Source of the DNA: Dehalococcoidia bacterium
GTDB lineage: Bacteria > Chloroflexota > Dehalococcoidia > Lucifugimonadales > Lucifugimonadaceae
NCBI GenBank assembly: GCA_963662485.1
Contig: OY759581.1
Span: forward strand, 1,488,001 to 1,552,000
Reading direction: 5' to 3'
DNA: 64,000 nt
In this document: in pieces, positions 28,665 to 37,870 of the stretch
How the letters are laid out: every line of letters begins with the position of its first letter
Position numbering within the stretch: position 1 is the stretch's first letter
Program-made: the position numbers and the translations under genes
The notes under the pieces: generated by a model
Seen by the model: only the letters and a program-made list of their open reading frames with translations
Database searches by the model: none
Told to the model about the DNA's origin: nothing

Positions 28665-28737
28665 CCCTGTCACTCCGAGCTCAGCACCCTGTCATTCCGA
28701 ACTCAGCACCCTGTCATTCCGAGCGTAGCGAGGAATC
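28665..28737. repeat. 22-bp tandem half-elements (CCCTGTCATTCCGARCTCAGCA, x2) ending in the complete hairpin GTCATTCCGAGCGTAGCGAGGAATC
   Basis: Units begin at 28665, 28687 and 28709. The hairpin at 28713-28737 matches 24 of 25 positions of the reverse complement of 61138-61162. Confidence 0.9.
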
Positions 28738-28769
28738 TCCCCGACCACAGTGCGCCGAAAGGCAAGTTC

Positions 28770-28925
28770 CCCCCTTCGCGAAGCGTAAGGGGGGCTAGGG
28801 GGGATGCTCTGGCAGGTGTTGCAGACGGCCGCGCGTCAATTACCTGCCAACTGCGACAACTGCCAGAGCATCCCCCGCTCACATCGCTTCGCTCGTTCGC
28901 GCCCCCTTACGCTTCGCGAAGGGGG
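28770..28925. repeat. nested inverted repeats: 24-bp outer arms and 17-bp inner arms
   Basis: The outer arm at 28770-28793 (CCCCCTTCGCGAAGCGTAAGGGGG) is the perfect reverse complement of 28902-28925. The inner arm at 28799-28815 (GGGGGATGCTCTGGCAG) is the perfect reverse complement of 28860-28876. Confidence 0.9.
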
Positions 28926-28952
28926 CGTACGATTTGCTCTCGCGCACGAAAC

Positions 28953-29837
28953 CTAACTGCTCTGCAATTTGGCGGCCAGGACGACGTTTTCTAGGAGCAT
29001 GGCGACGGTCATGGGCCCAACTCCACCGGGTACTGGTGTGATCGCCGATGCTTTTTCTCGTACGTTGGCGTAATCGACGTCGCCGGTCAATCGGAATCCG
29101 CTACGGCGCGAAGAGTCGGCAACTCTCGACACTCCAACATCAATAACGACGGCATTTTCTTTGACCATATCGGCGGTGATCGTGTTTGGCGCGCCGGCGG
29201 CGGCGATCAAGATATCGGCGCGGCCAGTATGTCGCGAAATGTCGCGCGTGCCGGTGTGGCAGACCGTAACGGTAGCGTTCGCACCTTCCCCGCGCTGCGT
29301 CAACAGCAGTGCGAGCGGACGACCGACTAAAGAGCTACGCCCTACAATTACCACGTCAGCACCTCGCACCTCTACATCCTCTTCAATCAGCATTCGTTGC
29401 ACGCCGAGCGGCGTCGCGGGTACGAATCGCGGTTTTCCCAGCGAAAGCAGACCCGCGTTCTGGGCATGGAGACCGTCAACGTCTTTCAACGGGTTCAATC
29501 CGTCAATGATTTCGTCAGCGTCGATGTGGTCCGGCAACGGTAACTGAACCAAGATGCCGTGATAGCGATCATCGCCGTTCAAGTCATCGACAACGCCATG
29601 CAGGTGATCCGCAGAAACATCAGCCGAAATCCGCAGCGTCTCGGTAGCGATGCCGACTTCCTCACAAGCGCGCTCCTTGCGTCGTACGTAAGAGTGAGAA
29701 GCCGGATCGTCGCCGACTAGCACGACTGCCAAACCGGGCGTGATGCCGTCAGCGTTTCGCAACGCGGTCACTTTTTCGGCTACCTGTGCGTGGACTTTTT
29801 TGGCGATATCGTTTCCGCTGATGATTCGAGCTGTCAT
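28953..29837 (-). CDS. folD: bifunctional methylenetetrahydrofolate dehydrogenase/cyclohydrolase
   Basis: Starts at ATG 29837 (MTARIISGNDIAKKVHAQV...) and carries LVGDDPASHSYV, GILVQLPLP and VGRSSLVGRPLA. The tracked 410-aa form adds a head that is antisense to acpS. Confidence 0.9.
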   Translation of the reverse strand: MTARIISGNDIAKKVHAQVAEKVTALRNADGITPGLAVVLVGDDPASHSYVRRKERACEEVGIATETLRISADVSADHLHGVVDDLNGDDRYHGILVQLPLPDHIDADEIIDGLNPLKDVDGLHAQNAGLLSLGKPRFVPATPLGVQRMLIEEDVEVRGADVVIVGRSSLVGRPLALLLTQRGEGANATVTVCHTGTRDISRHTGRADILIAAAGAPNTITADMVKENAVVIDVGVSRVADSSRRSGFRLTGDVDYANVREKASAITPVPGGVGPMTVAMLLENVVLAAKLQSS

Positions 29838-29927
29838 TTGTAACCAGTTGCTCCGGGAAAGATTTAAGGCGACTCCGCGCCTTGATTCCCGCGTATAGTT
29901 GAAAGAAGCAAAACGCGTTCCCAAGCC

Positions 29928-30311
29928 ATGATATACACAGGCGTCGATCTGATCGAAATCAAGCGCATCGCGACGGTTCGCGACCGTTACCCGATTCGAT
30001 TCCTGCAAAAGGTCTTCACTGCCGGGGAACAGCGGTACGCCCGCAACCGCGCGCCGCAGTTGGCAAGCCGTTTCGCAGCAAAAGAAGCGGTTATGAAGGC
30101 ACTCGGTACCGGTGTCCGGGGTATTCCTTGGAAATCTATCGAGGTGACCCGACGGCGCGGCGGACCGCCAGAGATCGCGTTGCATGGCACCGCGCTAGAA
30201 CGAGCCGAGAAAATGGGAGTCAAAAGGATCGCGTTGAGTTTGAGCCATTCTCGAGAATTCGCCGTCGCATCCGTCGTGCTCGAAGCGACCGACGACGCGT
30301 GGAGGCCCTAA
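29928..30311 (+). CDS. acpS: holo-[acyl-carrier-protein] synthase
   Basis: 127-aa ORF with GVDLIEIKRI and FAAKEAVMKALG motifs. Confidence 0.9.
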   Translation: MIYTGVDLIEIKRIATVRDRYPIRFLQKVFTAGEQRYARNRAPQLASRFAAKEAVMKALGTGVRGIPWKSIEVTRRRGGPPEIALHGTALERAEKMGVKRIALSLSHSREFAVASVVLEATDDAWRP

Positions 30312-30313
30312 AG

Positions 30314-31885
30314 ATGTTGGACGTTTCATCAACCACAAAAATCGTCACATCCTCCGAGATGCAAGCCATCGAGGAACGGTGGTTCGCTTCTGGTGAGATA
30401 TCGATCGAGAACTTGATGGACCGGGTCGGACGAGCCGTCGCCGATTGGATCGCCGATTATCTCACTGTTGACGAGAATCAGGCCAACGTTCTCGTTCTCG
30501 TTGGCAAAGGCAATAACGGCGGCGACGCCCTGGTCGCGGCACGCTACCTCGCCGAACGCGGGATAAACACCACCGCCGCAATGCTGCTCGCGCGTCCGGC
30601 AAATGACCCACTCATCACGGCTTTCGTCGGTGCGGGTGGAAACGTGGCAGAGCTTGGCGAACGAACGATGGTCCGTCGGTTGAGCAATCTCTGCAACCGC
30701 GCGACGCTGATCGTTGACGGCGTGTTGGGGATCAACCTAAGCCGTCCGATCGAAGAACCGCTAACCACGTTATTCGATGTTGCCAAAAACAGCGAAAAAC
30801 CAGTCGTTGCGATCGATGTGCCGAGCGGCGCCAACTCGGAAGACGGATCTTTCGACTCGCATGGTCTGCCGGCCGACGTATGCCTCGCGGTGGGGCTCCA
30901 TAAACTCGGTCCCGCGGCACGATTCGGAGATGACTGTTACGGCGAAGAAATTGTCGTGCTCGACGTCGGTACGCCTGATCGACTGACGACGAACTTGCGC
31001 CGGGAAGCTAACGACGAGACTTTAGCGCGCCAGCTTTTGCCGGCACGCTCAAAGACTGCCCACAAGGGCGACTTTGGGCGCGCGTTGCTGTTCGCGGGTT
31101 CAGACACATACGTCGGCGCAGCGTCGCTCGCGGTTCAAGCGTGTCTGCGAAGCGGTGCGGGAATGGTTACGCTGGCGACCCCTGTCAGCGCGTATCAGGC
31201 ACTTGCCGGTGACGTATCCGAGACGACATACCTGCCGCTGAATGAAGACGTCAACGGTGTCCTTCCTGGCCCCGCGTTTAACACCCTCGTCGAGCACATC
31301 CCGGCAATGCACTCGGTTTTGATTGGTGTCGGACTCGGTCTCTCCTACGGCGCACGCGAACTGATATCGCGCTTGACTTCTGACTTCGATATCTGGCGAG
31401 GACACACGGTAGTTCTCGATGCCGATGGATTGACGATGGTCTCGGTGATGGATCGCTGGTGGGAAGTATTTCGCGGCAATCTGATCATCACCCCGCATCC
31501 AGGAGAGTTGTCGAGGCTGCTCGGAATCTCAATCGCCGAAGTCGAAGCGGATCGTGTCAACGCGGTATTGACTGCCGCACAACGCTTCGACTGCGTGGCA
31601 GTACTCAAGGGGGCGACAACATTGATTGCGACACCTAACGGACGATTGCGCGTCAACATGGAGCCGAACGATGCGCTCGCCCGCGGCGGGACCGGCGATG
31701 TTCTAGCCGGTCTTATCGCCGGATTAGCGGCGAAGTCCGATCCGTTCGACGCCGCATCGCTCGGCGTCTACATCCACTCCCTCAGCGCAAAGTTCGCTAG
31801 CGAACGGTACACCCGATACGCGATGACCGCCGGCGACCTTATCGACTACCTACCCCGCGCGTTCCGTGAGTTGGCTTCCGAGTGA
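30314..31885 (+). CDS. nnr: bifunctional NAD(P)H-hydrate repair enzyme (epimerase plus ADP-dependent dehydratase)
   Basis: Starts at ATG 30314 (MLDVSSTTKI...). It has the YjeF N-terminal block GKGNNGGDALVAARYL and the C-terminal carbohydrate-kinase blocks HKGDFG and GTGDVLAG. Confidence 0.9.
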   Translation: MLDVSSTTKIVTSSEMQAIEERWFASGEISIENLMDRVGRAVADWIADYLTVDENQANVLVLVGKGNNGGDALVAARYLAERGINTTAAMLLARPANDPLITAFVGAGGNVAELGERTMVRRLSNLCNRATLIVDGVLGINLSRPIEEPLTTLFDVAKNSEKPVVAIDVPSGANSEDGSFDSHGLPADVCLAVGLHKLGPAARFGDDCYGEEIVVLDVGTPDRLTTNLRREANDETLARQLLPARSKTAHKGDFGRALLFAGSDTYVGAASLAVQACLRSGAGMVTLATPVSAYQALAGDVSETTYLPLNEDVNGVLPGPAFNTLVEHIPAMHSVLIGVGLGLSYGARELISRLTSDFDIWRGHTVVLDADGLTMVSVMDRWWEVFRGNLIITPHPGELSRLLGISIAEVEADRVNAVLTAAQRFDCVAVLKGATTLIATPNGRLRVNMEPNDALARGGTGDVLAGLIAGLAAKSDPFDAASLGVYIHSLSAKFASERYTRYAMTAGDLIDYLPRAFRELASE

Positions 31886-31916
31886 GCGAGTTTACGTATC
31901 TGGCGAGACTTTGGTA

Positions 31917-32630
31917 ATGGCGCAACGCACCAAACCCACTTTGGAAGAGATCGTCGACGTCTACGTCCAACGCGCGCGATCCAAACTGCGGCCGACTGAG
32001 TATGACCGCAAAGAGCGCGCCGGGCTGACGCTGCACCACGTCATCGAAAACGACGAGTTCCGGTTGCTGGATCACATCGTCGCGGTCAAGGATCGGCGCG
32101 TCGAGTGGATTTGGCGATCGCAAGATTTCTGGCCAACCGATCAGCTGACCGACGTCACGCTGTCGGACGGCGATCTGAAAAACTACGGCGTGATTCACGG
32201 GCACAACCGCATTACCGGCGTCAAGTTCACCGTCGGTCCGAGGAAATACGCCGGACCCGACCCGGATGCGTGCCTGCCCTTCGTGAACGACTTTCTGCAC
32301 ATGGAGGCGCATTACCGCTGGGATGACGACAAGATGGTCTTGCAGCGCGCCCGCATCGGCGTCGATTTCAATACCAAAGACGCTTTAACGCTCCGCGCAC
32401 GTTCAGTCGAAATCGAATTGGCACGGTTCTGGAATCTCGGCTACCGCTATCGTTCATCGTTGGGTTCTCGGTTGCTCGTCAGAGTAGAAGGCGACGACAA
32501 TTTGAGGATCGACGTGCCAACCGAACTGAAGCGTAAAGATATCGACGGAATCTACGAGGCGGTGATGGCGTTCCGCGACAGCGACGAACAGCCAGAACTG
32601 CCCAAACAATTCGTGATTGAGCGCGACTAA
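31917..32630 (+). CDS. hypothetical protein (237 aa)
   Basis: Uninterrupted frame between nnr and coaBC on the same strand; ATG at 31917. I recognised no family. Confidence 0.55.
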   Translation: MAQRTKPTLEEIVDVYVQRARSKLRPTEYDRKERAGLTLHHVIENDEFRLLDHIVAVKDRRVEWIWRSQDFWPTDQLTDVTLSDGDLKNYGVIHGHNRITGVKFTVGPRKYAGPDPDACLPFVNDFLHMEAHYRWDDDKMVLQRARIGVDFNTKDALTLRARSVEIELARFWNLGYRYRSSLGSRLLVRVEGDDNLRIDVPTELKRKDIDGIYEAVMAFRDSDEQPELPKQFVIERD

Positions 32631-32673
32631 CTTTCGTGGTTTCCGTTTCGGCACGATTCGCTACCCTCACGCG

Positions 32674-33894
32674 ATGGATAATCTGACACACTCGCCGCTC
32701 GAAGGTCGGCGCATCGTGCTCGGCGTAACGGGTTCGATCGCGGCTTTCAAAGCGGCGTCCGTCACCTCCCAACTGGTCAAAATGGGAGCGCGAGTTGACG
32801 TAGTGATGACCGATTCGGCGCAACGATTCGTCGGTCGTGCCACCTTTGCCGCGTTGAGCCACAATCCGGTTACGACATCGCTTTGGGATCAAGCATCGGA
32901 AATCAGCATCGACCATGTCTTGCTCGGCACTCGCGCGGATTGCATTGTGATCGCGCCAGCGACCGCGAACATACTCGCCAAGTTGGCATTAGGCATCACC
33001 GATGACGCGTTGACCGCGACTGTTCTGGCATCTAGCGCGCCGCTCGTCATCGCGCCTGCGATGGATGCTGATATGTTCGGCTCAGGGGCGACGCAAGGCA
33101 ATGTTGCTACGCTCCGAGAGCGCGGGGCGACGATTGTTGGTCCGGAATCGGGACGATTGGCATCGGGTCTGGTCGGCGAAGGTCGGATGAGCGAACCTGA
33201 TGATGTCGTAGACGCTGTTCGCGCCGCGATCGGTCTACGACTCGGTGATCTCACGGGCCGTCGCGTTGTCATTACCGCCGGCGGTACGCGCGAACCGATC
33301 GATCCGGTGCGATTGATAACGAACCGATCCACCGGCAAGATGGGATACGCGATCGCAAAAGCCGCGCGGGATCGCGGCGCCGAGACGGTGTTTATCTCTG
33401 CCGCGACCGGGGTGCGCGCGCCTTGGGGCGTCGAAACCGTCAGCGTCGCAACTGTTGACGAGATGCGGGCCGCTACCCTTCCAGCGTGCCGCGATGCCGA
33501 TGTTTTGGTGATGGCGGCGGCGATCTCAGATTTTCGACCGAAACAGACGGTCAGCGAGAAGATCAAGAAGCGCGCCGGCGGCATATCGTTGGACATGGAG
33601 CCGATCGAGGACTGGATGCCGCTTGCGACTGGGGATCGGTTGGTCAAGGTCGCGTTCGCTGCCGAGACAAGCGACGCGGCGGCTAGGGGCGCCGAGAAGA
33701 TGGCGGCGAAGGGCGCGGTTTTGACTGTTGCCAACGACGTTACTGAACCCGGGAGCGGATTCGGAACCGATACCAACCGCGTCGACATTGTGCGTCGTGA
33801 TGGTTCCGTCGAATCGCTGGCGTTAATGAGCAAGTACAACGTCGGCAATGCGATACTAGACAGGGTGAAACCGTTTCTGAAAAACACCGATTGA
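32674..33894 (+). CDS. coaBC: bifunctional phosphopantothenoylcysteine decarboxylase / phosphopantothenate-cysteine ligase
   Basis: Starts at ATG 32674 (MDNLTHSPLEGRRIVLGVTGSIAAFKA). It carries the flavoprotein block PAMDADM and the CoaB block NRSTGKMGYAIA. Confidence 0.9.
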   Translation: MDNLTHSPLEGRRIVLGVTGSIAAFKAASVTSQLVKMGARVDVVMTDSAQRFVGRATFAALSHNPVTTSLWDQASEISIDHVLLGTRADCIVIAPATANILAKLALGITDDALTATVLASSAPLVIAPAMDADMFGSGATQGNVATLRERGATIVGPESGRLASGLVGEGRMSEPDDVVDAVRAAIGLRLGDLTGRRVVITAGGTREPIDPVRLITNRSTGKMGYAIAKAARDRGAETVFISAATGVRAPWGVETVSVATVDEMRAATLPACRDADVLVMAAAISDFRPKQTVSEKIKKRAGGISLDMEPIEDWMPLATGDRLVKVAFAAETSDAAARGAEKMAAKGAVLTVANDVTEPGSGFGTDTNRVDIVRRDGSVESLALMSKYNVGNAILDRVKPFLKNTD

Positions 33895-33911
33895 AGGGCG
33901 CAACGATCGAT

Positions 33912-34193
33912 ATGCGACTCTACTGGAGACAACGAAAACGCGGATACGATTTGATCGTCGAAGATGACGACGGCGACCAGTTCAACGTCGGCGGCGTCAG
34001 GCACACCCGGCGCGGCGGCATTGAGGCGATGGCTAAAACGCTCGGATATGATCCCGGCCGATCAGTGAAAAACTTGCCGTCCATGGATCACGGATTGAAG
34101 TTTGTCGAGCAGTTCGAGCCTTGGCGCGACTTTTTCCCCGGACACCCGCTAGAACTCGAATCCGATGTCGTAGTGCCGGACGAGTTGGCGTAG
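33912..34193 (+). CDS. hypothetical small protein (93 aa)
   Basis: The frame is open from TTG 33891, which overlaps the coaBC stop. The first ATG is at 33912. I recognised no family. Confidence 0.4.
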   Translation: MRLYWRQRKRGYDLIVEDDDGDQFNVGGVRHTRRGGIEAMAKTLGYDPGRSVKNLPSMDHGLKFVEQFEPWRDFFPGHPLELESDVVVPDELA

Positions 34194-34214
34194 CGCGTCG
34201 GCATCACTCACCGC

Positions 34215-35357
34215 TTGAAAACGTTGCAAAGGCTAATCGACGACGCGCATGATTTGGCGTCGATGGTCAAACCCGAAGTCGACCGCATCGACCGCGAGCG
34301 TCGGATTCCAGAAGACCTTGTCCGTCCAATCATTGACGCTGGCTACTTCCGACTCCTGCTACCCAAATCGTTGGGCGGTACCGAACTCGCGCATCCCGAT
34401 TTCCTCAAAATCGTCCGTATCTTCGCGGAAACGGATGCCAGCGTTGGTTGGTGCGTAAACCAAAACAACGTTTTCTCGACAAACTCCGTCAGAGTGAGCA
34501 AAGAGGTCGCGGAAACGATATGGGGAGACCCGCAGACCGTCGTCACCAATGGCCCTCCGCGCCCCGGCACCAAAGCAGTGGCAAGGAACGACGGCTATGT
34601 TTTGTCCGGCCGGTGGGACTTTAGCAGCGGGATTTCGCACGCCACTTGGGTCGCCGCTCTAGCCCCCGTTTTCGATTCATCGGGCAACGATACGAAAGAG
34701 ATGCGGACGTTTCTCATTCCGAAATCTGAAGTTGAAGTTATCGACGAGTGGTACGTCGGCGGTCTGCGCGGCACCGCCAGCCTTAGCTTCGCGACCAGTG
34801 ACCATTTCGTGCCGAAAGAGCGTTCGTACGGTTTGAACGTCCCGGCGCGCGAATCGGGTCCGCTCTACGTAATTCACACGACTCCGATGTTCGCGTCCGG
34901 TTTCGCCACCGTTGCGCTCGGCGTCGCGCGCACCGCGTTGGATTTCGCCATCGATCTCACCAAACGCAAGATTCAGCAAGGCGGCACTTCGGCCCTCGGC
35001 GCGGATACTACTACCCAACGATCAATCGGCGAATGCGAGGCACAATGGAACTCGGCGCGCGCTTTTTTGGATGAGGCAACCGCAGAGATGTGGCAAACCG
35101 TCGTCGAAACTCACGCACTGGACGATGCAAATCGCATCAAGGTACGTCTCGCAGGCACTCACGCCATCCGCACATTTGCTGACGTTGTGAACGCCGCCTA
35201 CACTCTGTGCGGCTCCACCGCCATCTTCGAATCGAACATCATCCAACGCTGTTTCCAAGACGCCCACGCCATCCGCCAACAGATTCAGGGGCGACCATCC
35301 AACTACGACACCGTCGGGCAGTATTACTTGGGCATGGAGCCCAAAGGCATCTTCTAA
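34215..35357 (+). CDS. acyl-CoA dehydrogenase-fold flavoprotein (type-2 / flavin monooxygenase-like)
   Basis: 380-aa ORF with a TTG start. The layout is ACAD-like: an N-terminal helical part, a middle beta domain (SGRWDFSSG) and C-terminal helices. Confidence 0.75.
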   Translation: MKTLQRLIDDAHDLASMVKPEVDRIDRERRIPEDLVRPIIDAGYFRLLLPKSLGGTELAHPDFLKIVRIFAETDASVGWCVNQNNVFSTNSVRVSKEVAETIWGDPQTVVTNGPPRPGTKAVARNDGYVLSGRWDFSSGISHATWVAALAPVFDSSGNDTKEMRTFLIPKSEVEVIDEWYVGGLRGTASLSFATSDHFVPKERSYGLNVPARESGPLYVIHTTPMFASGFATVALGVARTALDFAIDLTKRKIQQGGTSALGADTTTQRSIGECEAQWNSARAFLDEATAEMWQTVVETHALDDANRIKVRLAGTHAIRTFADVVNAAYTLCGSTAIFESNIIQRCFQDAHAIRQQIQGRPSNYDTVGQYYLGMEPKGIF

Positions 35358-35386
35358 GCGTAAGCGGTTGCGTCTCTCTGAAGATT

Positions 35387-37117
35387 TCACGATCGACCGA
35401 TGGACTGCGGCAACAGGACCGGCTCTGAACCTTCGGTTTCGATCATCCACTTTGCTAGAAGTCGGCGCATCTCGGAGACGATTTCGACGTTCGCCGGGTC
35501 GTGCGCGACGTTGTAAAGTTCCCACGGATCGTTAACTAGGTCGTACAGCTCGTCTTCTGGATCGGCGATATTGCCAGTTCCTGCGCCGTCAGCGATTGGA
35601 TCGGTGACGTATTTCCAATCTCGAGTCCGTACCATCTTGCGGCGACCCTGCGCTTCCCTGCCCCAAAGCGTTTCGATCAACGTGCGATAACCCCATGGTT
35701 TTTCGCACTCTTCAAGGTGCGACATCGTGACCGGAGGGCCACCCGCGCCGTATTCCGAGAACGCGGCGATGCGCGGCTCCGCATCTGTAGCGGTTGGTAG
35801 CGGGTCCCCCTGCATTCTGCGTAACAGCGCCGTTTTGACTTTGCCGTTCGCATCCAAGGTCGAATCGTCGTCATTCGTTGCGATGTCTGAGGTTGATGAA
35901 CCGGACCAACCATCGTGTACACCCTCGAATTTCGCCAATCCTTGCAGCTCCAGAAGCGTCGGCAGGATGTCAATGGTGTTCACCATCGATTCGTCGATTT
36001 CGCCGCAAGGCACGCCCCCTTGCGGAAACGACACGATCAACGGGACGCGGGTCAAACAGTCGTAGAACACGCCTCCTTTGACCGCCATATTGTGTTCGAC
36101 CATGAAATCGCCGTGGTCAGCAGTGAACACGATGATCGTGTCGTCCAACATGTCCAGTTCGTCAAGCTTGTCGAGGATCCTGCCGATGCCGTCGTCCATC
36201 AACCGCACCATCGCATGATGCACCGATACGAGATTGCGAATGTCGTCGTCGGTATCGTCATCTAGTCCCATCATTGCGTAGAGAACGCGGTTGACCTCCG
36301 GCGCGGCACTAACCTCGCCGCTCGGCGGATACGGCGCGTCGTCGATGTGTGCAACTCCACCATCCGCATCGAATTCACCACGCCGCAATGGAGGCAGGAC
36401 GACCTCATCCGGCGGAAACATATCGACATACTCGCGCGGTGCCTCGCGCGGTTCGTGAGGATCGGGGTAGGAAACCCAAAGCGCAAAGGGTTTATCTGCG
36501 ACGCCACCTTCGTCGCTGCCGTCGAAACCCTCGCCTGACGCAACGCGATCCAAGAATGCCTCGGTCTGCGCTGTGACAACGCTCGACCCATAGTCCTCCA
36601 ACGGGTGATCCGTCACGGCGTAGGCAATCGTCGGGCTCTGCGCGTTTGCTTGCAACGTCGCTCGTTGCTCGTGCGCTTCGTTGATCGCTTCTACCGGTCG
36701 AACCCACTCCATGCCGATGTTCCCAGGAATCCCACCGAGGTAGTCGCCCCTTGGCAATCCGCCGTGCGAGATATCGCAGTAAACACCGAAGATATCGAGA
36801 TCAACAAAACAGTGATTCTTGCCGATCAGTCCGGTTGTGTATCCCGCATCGCGCCAAATGTCGAAGGCGTGAGTTTCGTTCGGCGGCATCAAAGTCTCAT
36901 TGCGTCGGCACCCGGTGGAGTGCGGATACCGACTCGTCATCACCGAAGTTCTCGCTGGTACGCAGAGCGGATGGGGTGTGTACGCGTTCCGGTACATCAC
37001 TCCGCGTTCGGCGAGCCGTTCCAAAGCCGGCGTCTCGATACCGATCTCCGAGTACATCCGCAAACCCGACCATTTCAACTGATCGGACATGATGAACAGG
37101 ATGTTTGGTCGTTTCAA
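35387..37117 (-). CDS. formylglycine-dependent sulfatase
   Basis: 576-aa ORF carrying PNILFIMSDQ, the canonical CVPARTSVMTSRYP (C-x-P-x-R) motif, and GKNH and ADHGD blocks. Confidence 0.9.
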   Translation of the reverse strand: MKRPNILFIMSDQLKWSGLRMYSEIGIETPALERLAERGVMYRNAYTPHPLCVPARTSVMTSRYPHSTGCRRNETLMPPNETHAFDIWRDAGYTTGLIGKNHCFVDLDIFGVYCDISHGGLPRGDYLGGIPGNIGMEWVRPVEAINEAHEQRATLQANAQSPTIAYAVTDHPLEDYGSSVVTAQTEAFLDRVASGEGFDGSDEGGVADKPFALWVSYPDPHEPREAPREYVDMFPPDEVVLPPLRRGEFDADGGVAHIDDAPYPPSGEVSAAPEVNRVLYAMMGLDDDTDDDIRNLVSVHHAMVRLMDDGIGRILDKLDELDMLDDTIIVFTADHGDFMVEHNMAVKGGVFYDCLTRVPLIVSFPQGGVPCGEIDESMVNTIDILPTLLELQGLAKFEGVHDGWSGSSTSDIATNDDDSTLDANGKVKTALLRRMQGDPLPTATDAEPRIAAFSEYGAGGPPVTMSHLEECEKPWGYRTLIETLWGREAQGRRKMVRTRDWKYVTDPIADGAGTGNIADPEDELYDLVNDPWELYNVAHDPANVEIVSEMRRLLAKWMIETEGSEPVLLPQSIGRS

Positions 37118-37143
37118 TCTCGCACCTCGTTGGTAATTCCCGA

Positions 37144-37866
37144 TTATCGGAGTGCGTTTAATGCTGCGCGGTCAGGTTCGGGCAGATACTTCAACGCTTC
37201 CCGCATCGTAACTGAGGACGCGTTCTTGGCGCGCGGCGTCAACCACTCAACGACGAGGTCGGGCGAGTGTTTGGACACCTCGCGCAGTATCCAACCGATA
37301 GCTTTGCGAATGAAGAACTCCTCCTCTAGCAACATAGGATCGGCGTATTGAGTGAACGCATGCCATTGATCAGTCCCGCGCCGCAGTCCCGGCAAGAAAC
37401 TCAAAATCGCAGTCCGTCGAACCCAGAAATCGTCGTCGGTAGCCCACCGATCGCGTATCGGGTTCGTCCCGCTCTGCCCGATCAACATCGGGTGCACGAC
37501 GTTGATTGATAAGTCGTCGATCAGTGCCCAAGTGTGTGACCGGCGCAGAAGATCCTCAATGAAGTCGAAATCTGTCGCATCGAGAACCTCGACCTTGCCT
37601 GCGATGATGTTGACGGCAAGTTTTCTGAGTTCGTACACGTTCCGGTCCCAGAGCTCGTTTGTCAGTGCACAGAGTTCAGGTTTCGACATGCCTTTCTCCG
37701 CGCGGACGAATTGGCGAGCGGTCTTGCGGATGATCGGGACACTGACGCCGAGATGTTCGATGTCTGACTTGAGATACCGCTTTTCGTTCACCGCGCGTTC
37801 TTCGGCGGCATGCGATGCTAATTCTGCTACAAGTCGATCTGCAGTTGCGACGATGTCCATTGGCAT
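37144..37866 (-). CDS. DNA alkylation repair protein (AlkD-like HEAT-repeat family)
   Basis: 240-aa ORF carrying NEKRYLKS, WATDDDFWVRRTAILSF and FIRKAIGWILRE. Confidence 0.85.
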   Translation of the reverse strand: MPMDIVATADRLVAELASHAAEERAVNEKRYLKSDIEHLGVSVPIIRKTARQFVRAEKGMSKPELCALTNELWDRNVYELRKLAVNIIAGKVEVLDATDFDFIEDLLRRSHTWALIDDLSINVVHPMLIGQSGTNPIRDRWATDDDFWVRRTAILSFLPGLRRGTDQWHAFTQYADPMLLEEEFFIRKAIGWILREVSKHSPDLVVEWLTPRAKNASSVTMREALKYLPEPDRAALNALR

Positions 37867-37870
37867 CGGA

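Noticed and set aside
29838-29927. Possible ZTP or THF riboswitch upstream of folD.
   Set aside because: The leader is only 90 nt, and its reverse complement lacks the ZTP blocks (GGGTCGTGAC...CCGGGCGGA...CCGCCTGGGC) and any THF-like core.
28953-30185. Extended N-termini in the ORF track for folD (410 aa), nnr (585 aa), OCD (355 aa), HAD (320 aa), coaBC (425 aa) and pdhA (380 aa).
   Set aside because: The extensions overlap neighbouring genes or intergenic repeats and lack homology-like sequence. In each case an internal ATG coincides with the canonical family N-terminus.
32889-34004. Long antisense or out-of-frame ORFs: 371 aa (32889-34004 minus), 266 aa (44458-45258 minus), 248 aa (36605-37351 plus), 222 aa (37502-38170 plus), 210 aa (54752-55384 minus), 299 aa (51501-52400 plus) and 245 aa (61698-62435 minus).
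   Set aside because: Each one lies opposite to, or out of frame with, a gene with clear family motifs. Their translations are Arg/Ser/Ala-rich low-complexity sequence of the kind typical of GC-rich shadow ORFs.
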